This document shows, one piece after another, positions 14,483 through 27,975 of a DNA stretch of 64,000 bases. The notes below the pieces were generated by a model. The model did not search any database, was not told the origin of the DNA, and was given only the letters and a program-made list of their open reading frames with translations. This stretch comes from Bugula neritina. Lineage: Eukaryota; Animalia; Bryozoa. The position numbers and the translations under genes are program-made. Positions within the stretch are counted from its first letter, which is position 1; every line of letters starts with the position of its first letter. The DNA is taken from the NCBI GenBank assembly GCA_964035545.1, contig CAXIUT010000042.1, positions 1 to 64,000 on the forward strand, given 5' to 3'.

Positions 14483-16412
14483 TCACTGTTGAGGTTATAT
14501 ATACTTTTTTAAATATTGTTTTTTGCGATAAATTACTATTCCAAACATAGTCACCATTGTTACAGTGTAGAGCCACACCCAATTACGGATTCTTCTTTTT
14601 CCCATTCCTAAAATTCTGAGAATCAACTTGAATTATCCAAAACAAAAATACATTAAAAAAGCTACGAAGATTAATGTTATTTTGAACTTCTTTGTCTAAA
14701 TAAATATCATCATACCTCTTCGATTATTTTAGACTCGATCAGTTCACTGATTATTTTACGAATATTTTCAACTTTTTAGAGGGTAGTTGTGGTTTATTCT
14801 TCCGCATTTAAAAAACAAATCACATTTTAAAGATATTTTTATGCTTTTTCTTGTAATTTTTTATATTGTTTGGCAATATCTTATGCTGAAACACCAACAA
14901 TCCTTCCCAATCCGGATGATGATATAGTATCTCCTTCTGATTTAAGGCGATCAATAATAGTCCCATTGGATGTTCTCATTATGATTCTATCCCAAATTTA
15001 TGATAATTATGAACCTATCTCAGCTTTGTGTTTTTATTCCATTAAATTAATAATCTTTTTGATCCTTAAACCATCAAAAACTAATTATTTTGTCTGTTTG
15101 TCTACTTCTTAGTTTAAATTTTTCTCTAGTTCTATCTTAAAAACACTTTCAAGATGTTCAAGATAATTAACATATGTTGATGTGGCTGTTTGAACTTTAT
15201 CCATGAACCTTCTAGTCATTTTTGCATGCTACCAAAGTCCTTTCACAATGCTTTTGTACTTCTACTAAACTTCTTCTTTTCTTTTATTCATATTCTTTTT
15301 GAAATAAACTACATTTTCTCCTTTAGCGAGATCGATTTTTTTCTTATATTATTAATTTATTATTTTATCTTATTAGACGGGCAATAAAAAAGTCATAAAA
15401 TATTTATTTTGTCGACTATCTAGTACCTTAAAAATTGACTCTATGTGTGGCTATACTTCATTTTATCGAAGATGTTTTGGTTTAAGTTCCATATAGAATA
15501 ATCTAGTTTCTCGAATAGCAATTTATTTGAATCTACTATAGGTCCTAATAATTGATAAATCTTCAAGACTATCAAGCCAATTATCCATATAGTCGATTGT
15601 TTCTTTTTTGATTCTTTAAAGAGCATAATTTCTTAAAGCATCTTCAGCTGTTCTTAGATCTATCTGGCTATCATTAGTGACTTTGTCCCATAGATTCTTA
15701 ACATATACCATTCTATCTTCTTCACTATAGTTGCTCAGGTTAGATTTTCTAGTATTAGATAATATCTTTAAGAGATCTTTTGATTCTTTCTTAAAATCTT
15801 TTTCATTTTCATAATAATGACTCATCATGAAATAGTCAAGAGTAAATCGTGTGTTTTGTTTGCGTGATTCTGCTTTGACAATGCCCATCATATGTGAATT
15901 AAGTTACTACTTAAGAATAGATCTATCTGCATCATCAGTACAATCCCTAACGACAAAAATAATTTTTCTTTGTTGTTTTGCTATCAATCTCTCTGAAGCC
16001 TTAATGATAGCCTTTAAAATATGGCTATGACTAGCTTCATATCTACCTATTTCATTCATCCACATATTGATAATAAGAACATCAGAAATGGCAAGACAAA
16101 AGAGAGCCATTTGTTTTTCAAACATTTTTTCATGAGCTTATCTTTAAGAAGAATCAAACCCTTCTGTATCGATTATATTAAATCCATTAATATTTTGGAA
16201 CCAAACTCCTTTCGTACAACGTTCACGTGTTTTAGTTGTATCAAGAACAGGAAATTGAGTTCCAAAGACCTGATTGAGCAAAGTACTTTTCCCTGACGAC
16301 TGGGTGCCAAATATAGCAACATTAGCGTTCGCTGCAGGGAACGATTAAACTTAAGGACTAAGTCAGTAAAAAAGTACTTAAACTCACTGTCTTCGCGGAT
16401 AATATTTATCAT
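14483..16412 (-). CDS. SEY1: RHD3/Sey1 ER-fusion GTPase
   Basis: GTQSSGKSTLLN, TKGVW, DTEG, FEKQMALF, LIINMW, VVRD; C-terminal TM hairpin. Confidence 0.9.
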
Positions 16413-16440
16413 AGTAAATAATTTTTAATGAATTCAGCTA

Positions 16441-17189
16441 TCACTGATAATATGATCCGTAGAACAATAAGTTATACGAATATGGCATTTATCCAAAAGC
16501 CATGGGAAAAGCCATGGCTGTTGTTGGAGAAGCCTATTGTTTTAAAATTGGATCTCTTTATTCAATTTTTACATTTTCTTCAGCTTGATGATTTGAATAT
16601 TGAACTTCTGCCTCTTAAACCCTTCTCTCAAGCAATTTTCTTTATTTCTATTATTCTTCTTATTAAATTTCACTTTTTCGTCTTTTCTATTCAATAAAAT
16701 CATTCATATCTTACTCAGCAAGGGAGTTATCAATATTTCGAACCTAAATCAGAAAAATGTACTTGAGAGCCGATGATTTCTAGTTAATAATTTCTTCTGG
16801 CCATCCGATCACATAGATCTTCCATCATACAATCTAATTAGTCATTTCTGCAATTGAGTTTTTCTTTGATCAAACTGCTTAAATAGAAGTCTACCTGTAA
16901 AGTTTCACATGAGAACAGCTTTTAGATAGTCTCTGCTAGAACTGGTGTTGCTCAAACAACACTCGAATGAGTCTTCCCGTTGAACCGTTATTTTCTTGAG
17001 TACCCATAGGTAGATCAATGTATTTTTTTTATTTTTGCATCTTTTTTAATTGTCTCAACATGATTTTGAGGATGAGGCGGATCTCATTAGAAGGCATGTA
17101 ACAAAAGGAACAACTAGGTTCTTTAGATTTCCAGGAAAATTTCTCTGTTTTATCCATATTTTCTTCTAAAGTATAATCCCAGTAATCAT
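16441..17189 (-). CDS. Ciliate-type hypothetical protein
   Basis: Model needs 20- and 22-nt GT-AG introns; acidic coiled-coil C-terminus. Resembles 9035-9703. Confidence 0.55.
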
Positions 17190-17333
17190 ATTTGCTAATA
17201 ACTTCCCTTCTAAGATTATTAGTAAGGAAAAAAATAATAGATAGGATTAGTTATGTAAAAATAAATGCTTGAGAAATTGATCTTTTTTCTATTCTGAATT
17301 CGATGTGGATAATGATTTATAATTTAAAATTGA

Positions 17334-18483
17334 ATGAGTTACCAGAATGAAAAAATTGGAATGATGGATGATGCCTACTTTGTGTCTCGAGGAGACATTC
17401 TAAAATGGCTTAATGACTTACTACAAGTACATCTATGCTTAAATAGTTAAATCTTACTAAGATTGAGCAGTTAGGATCAGGTTCTGTTTATTGTCAAGTT
17501 ATCGATGTTGTTCATCCTGGAAAGATAGCGATCAACAAAGTTAATTGGAAAGCTAAAAATGACTACGAGTTTATCAGCAACTTCAGACTTCTTCAAGATT
17601 CCTTCAAAAAAGTCGGTATTCAACGCTATGTTGAAGTATCATTAGACTAAAGTAGGTTTAAAAATTAGCAAAAGCCAAGTACCAGGATAATCTTGAGTTT
17701 GCACAGTGGCTCAAAAGATACTATGACTTGAATTGTGGAGATAGAGGAAATAATTATCTTGCCTAAGAAAGAAGAGGAGGATATACACCTAGTTTTGGAT
17801 TTGCATAAAAAGTTGTTGTCCCTAAAACCTATAACGCTAGTGGAGCAATTATTCCGAAAAAATAATCACCTCCTAAAAAGAAATAGGCTGAAATAATACC
17901 CAAAAAAACAGCTGTAACAACATCATCTCGACCTTCAACAGAAGTTTCTAGTAAACCAATTAAAAAAATTGAGAAAAAAGAAGATTATGGAAGTCCTAAA
18001 GCTAAAGATAGATAAAAAATAAGATAAGAATTTGGTAATAATAATAGAGTAGTTCAATAAAATCAATAATATAAGGAAAAAGAGGAAAACAGAGAAAGAT
18101 AAAAGCTTCTCGAAGATTTAATGAATAAGTAGCGAGACGCTATATAAATGGAAAGAGGTGAATTATAAAAACAGAAAGCTAAATTATAAAGACAGAAATA
18201 AAAAATATAAATATAAAGATAAAAGATATAAGTTTAGAAACAAATGATTGAGAGATAAAAAATTAAACTAGAGGAGAAAGGAGGAGAAGAAGAGAGTTAC
18301 CGATAAAAAAGTGAAGAAAGATAAAAATAGTTATTGAGCAAGATGAAGGATATGGAAGACAAGTTAATGATGGTTGCTGAAATAGTTAAATCTGAAGATC
18401 ATTCCGAACTGAAAGTGCAGATGATATCTGAAGTAATTAAAGTACAGATGAAAGTTGAGGCATAATAAGAGTAAACCTTCTGA
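17334..18483 (+). CDS. EB1: EB1 microtubule plus-end binding protein
   Basis: FVSRGDILKWLN, IEQLGSGSVYCQ, KYQDNLEFAQW CH domain; two 20-nt introns; long coiled coil. Confidence 0.95.
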
Positions 18484-18615
18484 TTAAAATAGTTCATATA
18501 AATAATCATTAAATATCAAGACCTTCATTTATCAAAAATTTATTCCAAAATAAATTCAAATAATCAAGATAGATAAATCAAGAATTGTCTTTCAAATGAC
18601 AGTTATAAGGTTAAA

Positions 18616-19689
18616 ATGAAAAAAGTAACAAATAATTTCCGAAAATGTGCCCATTGTCCGCATCACCGCCTGCTTGAACAAAAGTGTTGCTGCCAAAGAA
18701 GTACCACTGTGACACGAATACGTCCAGTTACTTCTAGGAATAAGAAATAACCCTCTACGATTGACAACTCAGTTGTAAATACAACTGTCCCCACTATAAT
18801 TGCTGAATTTTCTGCTCTACGCACTTAGAATAATCATTTAAAGAGAGAATTACTTAATGTATCTACTTTTCTCAAAGATGATATCCCACAAAGCTCTCCT
18901 TCTCCTGATATTTCTCTCAATGAAAAATTATTTTTGTCCAATAAGAATCTCAAAGAAGCTTTACTTGAAATCGATGATCTTTCAAGAGCAAACAAATAAT
19001 TATGTGAGAGAAATTCATATCTCATTTAACAAAATGAAGGATTTAAGATTCAGTTGTCTTAAGTCGAAGAATATCTCGATAAATATAAGAAAAAGTACAA
19101 GAAAATGATTAAATAACAAGAAAAAGAAACTTTTAAAGAAGAAATAGAACATTTATTTCAAAGAAATCTTTAATTAGAAGATGAAACTAAAAAATTAAAA
19201 GAAGAAGTTAGATGTTTAAAGTACTAGAATAATAATTATAATATGTTAGGAGGATTATCACCCTAATGGGTAGCTCATACTGGAAATAAAATGAGACAAG
19301 AGCAGCATCCTAAAGTTTAATAATAACCTAAATAAGATATAGAAGTTTGGAAAAAAAGTCTTTCAGAGACAATTAACCTTTTAAAAAATTAAGGAACTCA
19401 TTTTAACTATTCAATGAATGATCAAAACAGTTTGAATAGATTCCATAATTTGTTATAACAACTACTTTCAAGCTATTCATAGTCGATTCTTGGATATTAT
19501 CAACTTGTGATAAAGGAAATCGCTAGAAAAGTGAGTAATTACGAGAAAAAAGTTGATAATTTATTTTCTAAGTTAGAAAATGTTGTGATATCACTGGGAA
19601 ATAAGCAACTTAAAAATAAAATGAATCCCATAACTCAAATGAAAACTGAGCGGGTACCTATTCTTGATATTACTAATCGCATTATATGA
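18616..19689 (+). CDS. Coiled-coil hypothetical protein with N-terminal Cys/His cluster
   Basis: Uninterrupted frame with TAR=Glu. Confidence 0.75.
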
Positions 19690-19718
19690 ATTAAAATTTC
19701 TTACTTCTTGTAAAGTTA

Positions 19719-21487
19719 ATGAATTATTATTTGGAGGCAAGGCAATGGTTGCGTAACGGAGTCTCTTTCGAAGAGTTTTAAGATAAACTACCAGAATCCC
19801 TAAAGGAAAAGGGATTGCTTTCACTACTGGTAGGTGCCACGATGTAGCAAGGATTGGAACCCTTCGAAAAATACTTGCAATTGCTCTTGAGGTAGTCTTT
19901 TCTTCAAAAAAGATAGGCAAGGAGCAGACCTTAATTACTGCCAATACCAAAGTAAAACCATCATTAATGGAGTGAAAATGAGTCTACTTATGTTTGCTTG
20001 CAAAAAATCAAAGGCCCTAACAGTCAAAGCTTTCCTGCTCAACTCAGCTATCCAAGTCTATCACCGTGATCAAAATGGCAAAAATGCTATTCATTATGCT
20101 ATTTAAAATCAAGAAGAGGAAGAAGGGTAAATGATTGTAAAACAATTAATGGATTAATTTCCGTTGCTGGTAATTATAAGGATATCTAGAAAGAAATGGG
20201 AAATTATCCCAAAGGAAATTATCTTACTCTAGCCATCAGAGAAGGAAAAATTCAAATTCTTAGTACTCTTATCGAAAAGGACCTTGATCCTAATTTTAGA
20301 TCTTTAGAAGGTAACCGTAACTCAAGTTAGGTTTAGGGGCTTTGCATGAGACTGTAAGAGCACACAGAACTCACAAGAACAAGGAATTGACTTTAGAAAC
20401 TCTTAGAATTTTATTAGATTCTGGTTGTAAATAAGAAGAAAAAAATGATGAAGGACAAACATACATGGATTATGCTAAATAAAAGGGATACTTATTATAG
20501 GCTGATATCGATGAGATTTTAGAATAAATGAGTAGTCAAACTCCTAAAGCAACAATTTAGACATCTCCTGAAGATAAACATCAGGAAAATTTTTCTATTT
20601 ATTCTTAATAAAACTCAGACGCCTCATCAGAATAAATAATTGATGAATAAACAAATCATTACGAGATATCAACTGAAATGTACCAATGGGCTTCATGTAT
20701 TTAAGAAGAATATAGACGCACTTGGGGTATTCTTTAACCTTTCTATAATTAAATTTTAAAAATAGTTCAAGAAGAAAATGGCTACATTTAAATAATTGGC
20801 TCCTTTGCGAGTAAACTTTGGATTCCTTCGAGTGATATTGATATTTTGCTTATTGTCCCTGATGGAGGAGATCCAGTAGTTTTTGATAATATTACTTAAT
20901 ACCTCTTCAGTAAGATCACAAAATTAAGATTCCATAGTTCTATTAGACTCGTAAGAACTTATAAGTTACCATTAATAAAGCTGATTCTCGCAGAGTAATT
21001 TTAAAGATTAGATATTGAGTTATTTATATCAAATAAAAAGAACATTGCTTCTAGATATGTAAGTTTTTCAAATGAAGTAATGAGCTATTATCCGGAAATA
21101 TCAATTATTTACTATGTTTTAAGACGTCTTCTTTCATTTAGAAGATTGCATGATCATAGAACTGGGGGATTTAAGGCTTATGCCCTTTTTCTTTTAATCT
21201 ATTCAATGCGTATTCAGTATCAATATCCCTATGTCTCTCAATTTGTTGAGCATTTCTGTTATTACTACGGTCTTGCTTTCTAGTATAAATCATAGGTTGA
21301 TAGGCTCGGAAATCTTAGTTATCATATTAATATCACTGATCCACTTAATAGTTAGAATAATATGGGAGGAAAAAGAACAGATATTTTGGCAATACAAGAA
21401 ACTTTTAGTAAAATATATTTCGCCATTAATACACACAATAATGGCAGCAAGATGGGCTATATTGAAGAGATATTGAAGTACATTTGA
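19719..21487 (+). CDS. Ankyrin repeat plus Trf4/PAP2-like non-canonical poly(A)/terminal nucleotidyltransferase
   Basis: Ankyrin motifs (SLLMFAC, GKNAIHYA, GALHE); NTase GSFASKLWIPSSDIDI; TGGF; PAP-associated INITDPLNSENNMG. Confidence 0.85.
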
Positions 21488-21693
21488 ATTGATTTTTACT
21501 ACTTATGATCATTTAATAATAGAAAAAATAAATAAATATATTGATGATTTGTATAAAAAGATTCAATAAATAATAAAATAAAACAGGATAGTTTTCATTT
21601 TAGAGTTTATTATTTATTTGTTTGTTATCCTAAATAACTGATTAAATTATTAAAGGCATCAACTCATCAGGTTTATTGTAATAAATCTTATTG

Positions 21694-22437
21694 ATGATCG
21701 GGGACTACTAACTACAACAGTTTATCGACCAAGTTTTCAGCAAATACGATCGAGACCGCAGTGGGACTCTCGATAGTAATGAATTGACCAACTTCTTTAA
21801 TGATGTCTTCTCTCAAATGGGTAATGGAACTAGATTCAATCAGCAACAATCTATGAATGCACTAAAAGCTATTGATCAGAATTCTGACGGTAAAGCAAGC
21901 AAATCTTAACTCTATCAAGCCTTTAAACAAATCCTAGTGCAACAAGGAAAATTCAAAGGTGGACAAGGAGGACAAGGAGGCTTCGGACAACAGGGAGGTT
22001 ACGGTCAACAAGGTGGATATGGTCAACAGGGAGGTTATGGACAACAAGGAGGACAAGGTTATGGTCAACAAGGAGGTTATGGTCAACAAGGAGGTTATGG
22101 TCAACAGGGAGGACAAGGAGGCTACGGTCAACAGGGGGGACAAGGAGGATATGGTCAACAAGGAGGTTATGGACAACAGGGAGGACAAGGTTATGGGCAA
22201 CAAGGAGGTCAACAATGGGGCCAGCAAGGCGGTCAACAACAAGGAGGTCAGCAATGGGGACAGCAAGGTGGCCAACAGCAAGGAGGTCAATGGGGTCAAC
22301 AGGGAGGTCAACAACAAGGAGGTCAGCAATGGGGACAGCAAGGCGGTCAACAAGGAGGAAGCAAATGGGGTCAACAAGGTGGTCAACAAGGAGGTCAGAG
22401 TGGATGGGGAGGACAACAGCAAGGAGGATGGAAATGA
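21694..22437 (+). CDS. Two-EF-hand protein with Gly/Gln-rich low-complexity tail
   Basis: EF loops [12 protein letters not shown] and [12 protein letters not shown] (position-12 Glu encoded by TAA), followed by GGYGQQ and QQWGQQGG repeats. Confidence 0.92.
21958..22428 (+). repeat. Coding tandem repeats (GGYGQQ / GGQQWGQQ)
   Basis: Degenerate 18-39 bp units such as ggaggttatggtcaacaa. Confidence 0.9.
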
Positions 22438-22519
22438 TTGCCTTCTTATTTGATTCCAATATCTGTATAAATGAAAATAAAAACAAATAATGTTTTAATC
22501 ATAAACAAGTAATATTATA

Positions 22520-23213
22520 TCAAGTAGATTTTTTATTTCTAAGGTTGATTAGATTTAAATTAGTCAAGGGTCTACCTAAAAGGACATAGTCTAAAGTTTC
22601 CTCGTAGTCAGCTACATTTTTAAATTAATTTTTGTTAAGATTAATCCATATTTTTCCTATTCTAGTCAATTAAAAACGAGTGAAATCAGCAAACCCAGGA
22701 ACAGGTTCTTGGAACTCAGATATATTAAAACTTTAACTTTGTGGCTTCTAAGTAGATAAAAAGTAACCCAAAAAGCATTGTAGAATTCTACATGAATAGT
22801 TTCAAAGTCATTCTGGATGTATATTCGATGCACAATTCTTTTGGAGTATATTTGTAAAAAGCTTAACATGAGGTAACCTAGCCCAGTCACCAAACCAAAA
22901 GATATCAGATTTATTTTGCCAAAAACTAAATTTATATTAATTTACTTGGAGTAGATGCTTCTAACCCAAACAATATTCCATTTATGAAAGTTAGGGTGGT
23001 TAAGTATCTTACTAATTTTCTTAATGTATGTTATCCAGTTTTATATTCATAAATTTTACATCTTCCCTCAGGATCAAAAACTAATTTAGATATTTCAGAA
23101 GGTTTGTCAAGTACCTTGTACTTTTTACCTTTTTCAGTTGACAAATAACATCCTAAAGCTGTTTTTCTTAAAGACAAAGATAAGGTTTTCCAAATATTAA
23201 CTCGGTTGATCAT
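22520..23213 (-). CDS. Probable mitochondrial membrane protein, TMEM70/TMEM186-like
   Basis: Basic presequence-like N-terminus, two TM segments, RIVHRIYI motif, two 20-nt introns. Confidence 0.6.
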
Positions 23214-23352
23214 CAATTGCTATTATTATTAACTATTTAGTCCTTAAAATTAATTAATTAAAGTAATTTAAGCGAATTTATTTTAATTCTTATTTTAGTT
23301 GAGATGATATATTATTTGCAAGTGATATAATTTGAATATTGTTTAAATCGAA

Positions 23353-24830
23353 ATGGTGCAATTTGCTTTAAAAGTAGGGAAATAAAACTTCTAGGTCTAA
23401 CACACTGCTGAAGAAAATTGGGTTGACTTCCAAGCTAAAGTTTTTGCTATCACTGATATTCCTCCCAAAAATATGAAAATTCTTTGCAAAGGTAAAATGA
23501 TTAAGGTACTCTTTTTTTCAAATTAGGACAATCAAGCTCTTCTGGCTTTACCTGGATAAAGTGTTTTAGTAGTGATGGGAACAAAAGCAGGAAAGGAACT
23601 AAAGGCTACAGGTTAGATAAAGGCTTAGATGGAAATCTAGTAACCAGGAAAGATTCCTCAGAGATATGGTTTAGTTAACGTTGGAAATACTTGTTATATG
23701 AATTCAGCTATCCAACTACTAAGAAGCATTCCATAGCTTAATTTTGAACTTAAAAGATATATGCCAAATGTATTTCATGATTTACTTTAGGCACATGGAG
23801 AGGAGAAAATTCTAACAAAATCTTTGGGCAAAATATTTGCAGCACTTGAATCTCAGGATTTAACTCCTGAATAATTTGTAGCGATATTTTTGCAGACACA
23901 TGAAGCTTATCTACCTCTAGGAACTCAGCATGATTCAGATTAGTTCATGCAGGAACTTCTAGCTATTATAACTAAAGCTAGTCCTGAATTAGACAAAGCT
24001 GTGAAATCTTTATTCGAAATTTAGTTTGTAGATGTAACTAAAAACACTTAACTTGAAGAAGAGGCGAAAATATAAATATCTACTTCGAATAAAATGTGTT
24101 GTAACATTGGAGGTATGGAAAAAGAACTTAAAATAGGCTCTTTAAATGAAGGATTAAAGTTGAGTCTATAAACTAAATTAGAAAAGATGAGTTAAATTGA
24201 TAATGCAAATCATATTTATCAAAAAACAACTAGATTTAACAATCTTCCAAACTACTTGCTTCTTCAAATGGTTAGATTCTTTTGGAAAAAAGCTGATGAT
24301 CTACCTCATGCTAAACCTACTGCAGCTAAAATATGCAAATCCATTAATTTTAGTCATCAAATTGATATTTTTGATTTCTGTACAGAAGCTCTTCAATAAA
24401 AATTAAAAGCAGGTAGAGCTGCTCTTTAATAAAGTAAAAATCTAGAAGAGATTGAGTACAAGAAAAAATACGAAGAATATAAATAAAGCTTTTAAAGTAA
24501 TCATGATTTAATTAAGAGAGTAATCGTCCTGAAAAACGAATCATGGAATAATTCAAGGAAAAATGGAAGAGATAACAGAAAAGAGTCACTTAAGGACTTG
24601 AAACAGGATATTATGAACTTGTTGGAACAGTTACTCATTTGGGAAACTCAGTTGAGAGTGGTCACTATATGGCTTGGATCAAAGAAAACGATGAAGACTG
24701 GACTAAGTATGATGACAATACTGTTTATCAACAACCTGGTGACAAAGTTCTTTATTTAAAAGGAGGTCAACCTAACTTGGAGATTGCATATGTTTTACTA
24801 TTCAGAAAAGTATTTGTTAAGCCTATATGA
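23353..24830 (+). CDS. UBP6: Ubiquitin-specific protease USP14/Ubp6
   Basis: N-terminal UBL; GLVNVGNTCYMNS, QHDSDE, QMVRFFWK, SGHYMAWI, YDD motifs. Confidence 0.93.
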
Positions 24831-25263
24831 TATTCATTTGACAGTGTATCTCACAATATAATTTGTTATTTTATCATCATCTTGATTCTTTTTCTTTTTT
24901 AATGTTTTTTTTTTTTAATTTTCTAGGTCTATCATGACGTTTAGTTTTACAAAATAAAGTTATTTTTAATGACTCAAAATAATTTTTTACCGGAAAAAAT
25001 ATTAAATAGAAATGTTTTAACATAAAAATAATTGACTAATGCAATTTTTTCAAACAAAAAAAAAAAGGAATATTTTAATCTTTTTTAAAAAAAAAACATA
25101 AAAAATTCATCACAGGCAGAATAGAATAACTCAATTTTGCTATAAATAAACTTAATATCTCATTTTGATGTCTTGAAAAATAATTGAACTTGAGAAACTG
25201 AAGGAAGTTCAATATGACTTAAATGTAGTAAATTAACATAAGATTTAATAATATTTCAAACCT

Positions 25264-25551
25264 ATGAAACAATTCAAGCTTGTTCATGTTAAAGAAGATG
25301 AATTCTTTGAAGGAGATTGGGATCTTGTATTACCTCTTTGTCAACAAGAGCATCATGGCAAATTTATTAACCCTAGAGTGCATGAAGCTTTCTCCAAACA
25401 TGAAGGTCATCACGACAGAAAATATTTTGTACATGTTGCCACTGGACCTCATCATGCTTCTGATAACTGGACTGTAAAATTTGAAGTTAAAGGTCACAAG
25501 GCTTAATTGGAAAAAATTGAACCAGGATTCAACTCATACCTGAACGAATGA
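25264..25551 (+). CDS. Small His-rich protein (95 aa), possibly cystatin-like fold
   Basis: Clean ORF that extends through one TAA to TGA. Confidence 0.75.
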
Positions 25552-25607
25552 TTGTTGTAGAATATAATCTTTTAAAATAATCAAATTATACTACTAATTC
25601 ACACTCT

Positions 25608-26297
25608 TCATAAATTAATTAAGGCCTGATTATGATTCTCATTGTTGCAGATAGTATCTAATTGTTCAAGTTATTCTTCATGATGTCTTTTATATTTAGT
25701 TTTTCGTCTTTGTTAGAATATCATCTTTGTTTTTGTTTGAATGTACTTAACTTTCAATATGATAAGTAATTCTTTGAGGTTTTAGAAGTATATTTTAACT
25801 CTTTCTTTTATCTTTTCCAGACCTAACAAAATGAACGATAATTTACGATTGATCGATAGTAATTTATGTTTTTCATGCTCTATTTATTCAGGTTAATTAT
25901 TTTTAATTTTCAAAATTAATTTTTGATGAAGCAAATGCAAAGAATATTGTTTTTAATTGAGTTAAGCTCGATTTTAATAAAGTTTGCTTAAAGATATTAG
26001 TATTTACTTGATTTACATTTGTTCATACGTACTTGAATAATTCAATAATTTGTCTATTTTAGGTGCTTTTTTTGTCATAGTCTTGATACAAATATCCTTT
26101 TTTAAGTTTTATTTATTTTACTATTGTTTTTTATAGCCTTTATTTATGAGTTTTTTGTTTATTTTTTTCAGTACTTCCAATTTTAGATTTTCTTTTAGAT
26201 TCCTAAGTAGACTAATTTTGTCTTGATTTCGAGAAGGACGGTCAAGGATATCTTTTAGAATCGATTTAAAGTAGTTACTGTTATTCTGTGGCTACAT
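25608..26297 (-). CDS. Hypothetical protein
   Basis: ATG then long open frame; internal introns not fully resolved. Confidence 0.5.
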
Positions 26298-26491
26298 AAT
26301 CTAATAAATATGAAGTAGCAGTTGATTATTGTTTAAGTTAACTTTTAAAAATTAACAATAACAAAGGTATTGTAAATACAAAATATTTCGCTCATAAATA
26401 AATATTTAATGATGTAAAATAAATGTACAAAATAAAGAAAATAGCCTTTATTTTGATTTAAAGATAATAATAATAAGTTGATATATATCAA

Positions 26492-27126
26492 ATGGACAGC
26501 ATAATAACTTAGAAACGTAAACTTCATCAAACTCTATTGCAATTTCCTCCTTTTTTTACGTATTAATATCTAGAATTAGACTTCAAGATCATGAAGAATC
26601 ACGTCGTAAACAAATAGGATACTGGGGATAACTTATTCATACACATTGTAGATAGTATTAATTCTATTACAGAGGCACAACATCATCAATTCTTCAGTTC
26701 ACTAGATTTGGAACCTACCTCTTCTAGAAGATAGATCTACTTCTATTCATAGTAACCATTTTATCATCAAGAACGATTATCTAAAGAAGATACACTTGCT
26801 GTTCTTAAAGATCTTGAAAGGTTAGGATGTGTTTAGTTTGTCATTGGATCATAAAAAATATTGATTTCACATTTTAGTCCTTATGAAATGGCAGATGATA
26901 TGTATCGTTGGGCCAAAAATAATTATCTTCTTGGAGATGTATAAACATTGCAGTTTATTACCGAAGGAGAGCATACTACCTCTAAAGAAAGTTGTCTTTT
27001 ATCTATTTAGAATTCTACAAACAACCAAAAGAAATCATTTTGAAAGTAATAGATGTATTGGAAAAGCAGAATAAAGCAGCACGTATTGAAATTGGAAATG
27101 ATATTGGAGTTAAATTCTTGCAATGA
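26492..27126 (+). CDS. VPS25: ESCRT-II subunit VPS25
   Basis: FPPFFTLQ...RRKQIGYW, C-terminal GVKF; four 20-nt introns. Confidence 0.9.
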
Positions 27127-27221
27127 TTGATACTCTATTTGATGAAATGGAAGTTGTTATTAACTATTTTTATTCCTCATTTTTGTTAAATTTGCAAAGA
27201 CTTATAATATCTTTCAACACT

Positions 27222-27855
27222 ATGATAAAAAAAAGCCTTTGTCTTATTACTGGAAATGTAGATTTAGATTGATCTAGAAAAAAAAACTTGAAGAATTCGT
27301 TCATATTCTAGGAAACTAATTCGATTTCAAGAATGAACCTATTGATCGTAAATCATATCATATTTAGTACCTGAACTTCAAGGATAACCTGAATAAATTG
27401 CAAGCTAGAAAGCAATGATTGCCTTCAAATCAGCTCAAAAGCCAGTATTAGTCTAAGATACTTCTCTTTGTTTTAATGCATATAAAGGACTTCCTGGTCC
27501 ATATGTGAAATGGTTTCTAAAAAATGTAGGACCTGAAGGACTTGCCAAAATGGTAGAACCTTTTCCGGATAAATCTGGATACGCGATGTGTATTATCGCT
27601 TATATGAGCGGAGATCTAGAAAAACCTAAACTATTTATTGGTAAGACAGATGGAAAGATTGTCTAACCGAAAGGTAGCAGAGATTTTGGTTGGGATCCTG
27701 TCTTTCAGCCTGATGGATTTGATAAAACCTATGCTGAACTAGATAAAGAAGTTAAAAATAAAATTTCTCATCGTTTTAGAGCTATTGATTTAATGAGAAA
27801 ATACTTCAATGAATAAGAATGTAAAGACAAATTAGAAAAGAAAATAAAAGAATGA
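27222..27855 (+). CDS. ITPA: Inosine triphosphate pyrophosphatase (HAM1)
   Basis: [51 protein letters not shown] motifs. Confidence 0.97.
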
Positions 27856-27975
27856 TTTCTATAGTATCTGAAAATCAATTTATTCCATTGATAAGAAAAA
27901 AAAATCTCATTTTCAGTTAACATATCAAGATAAAAGTTAATTTTATCAATATGAAACATATTAATAATAATAAGA

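Noticed and set aside
21934-22490. Four overlapping alternative ORFs on both strands
   Set aside because: Shadow frames of the G/Q repeat; only the EF-hand frame is coherent.
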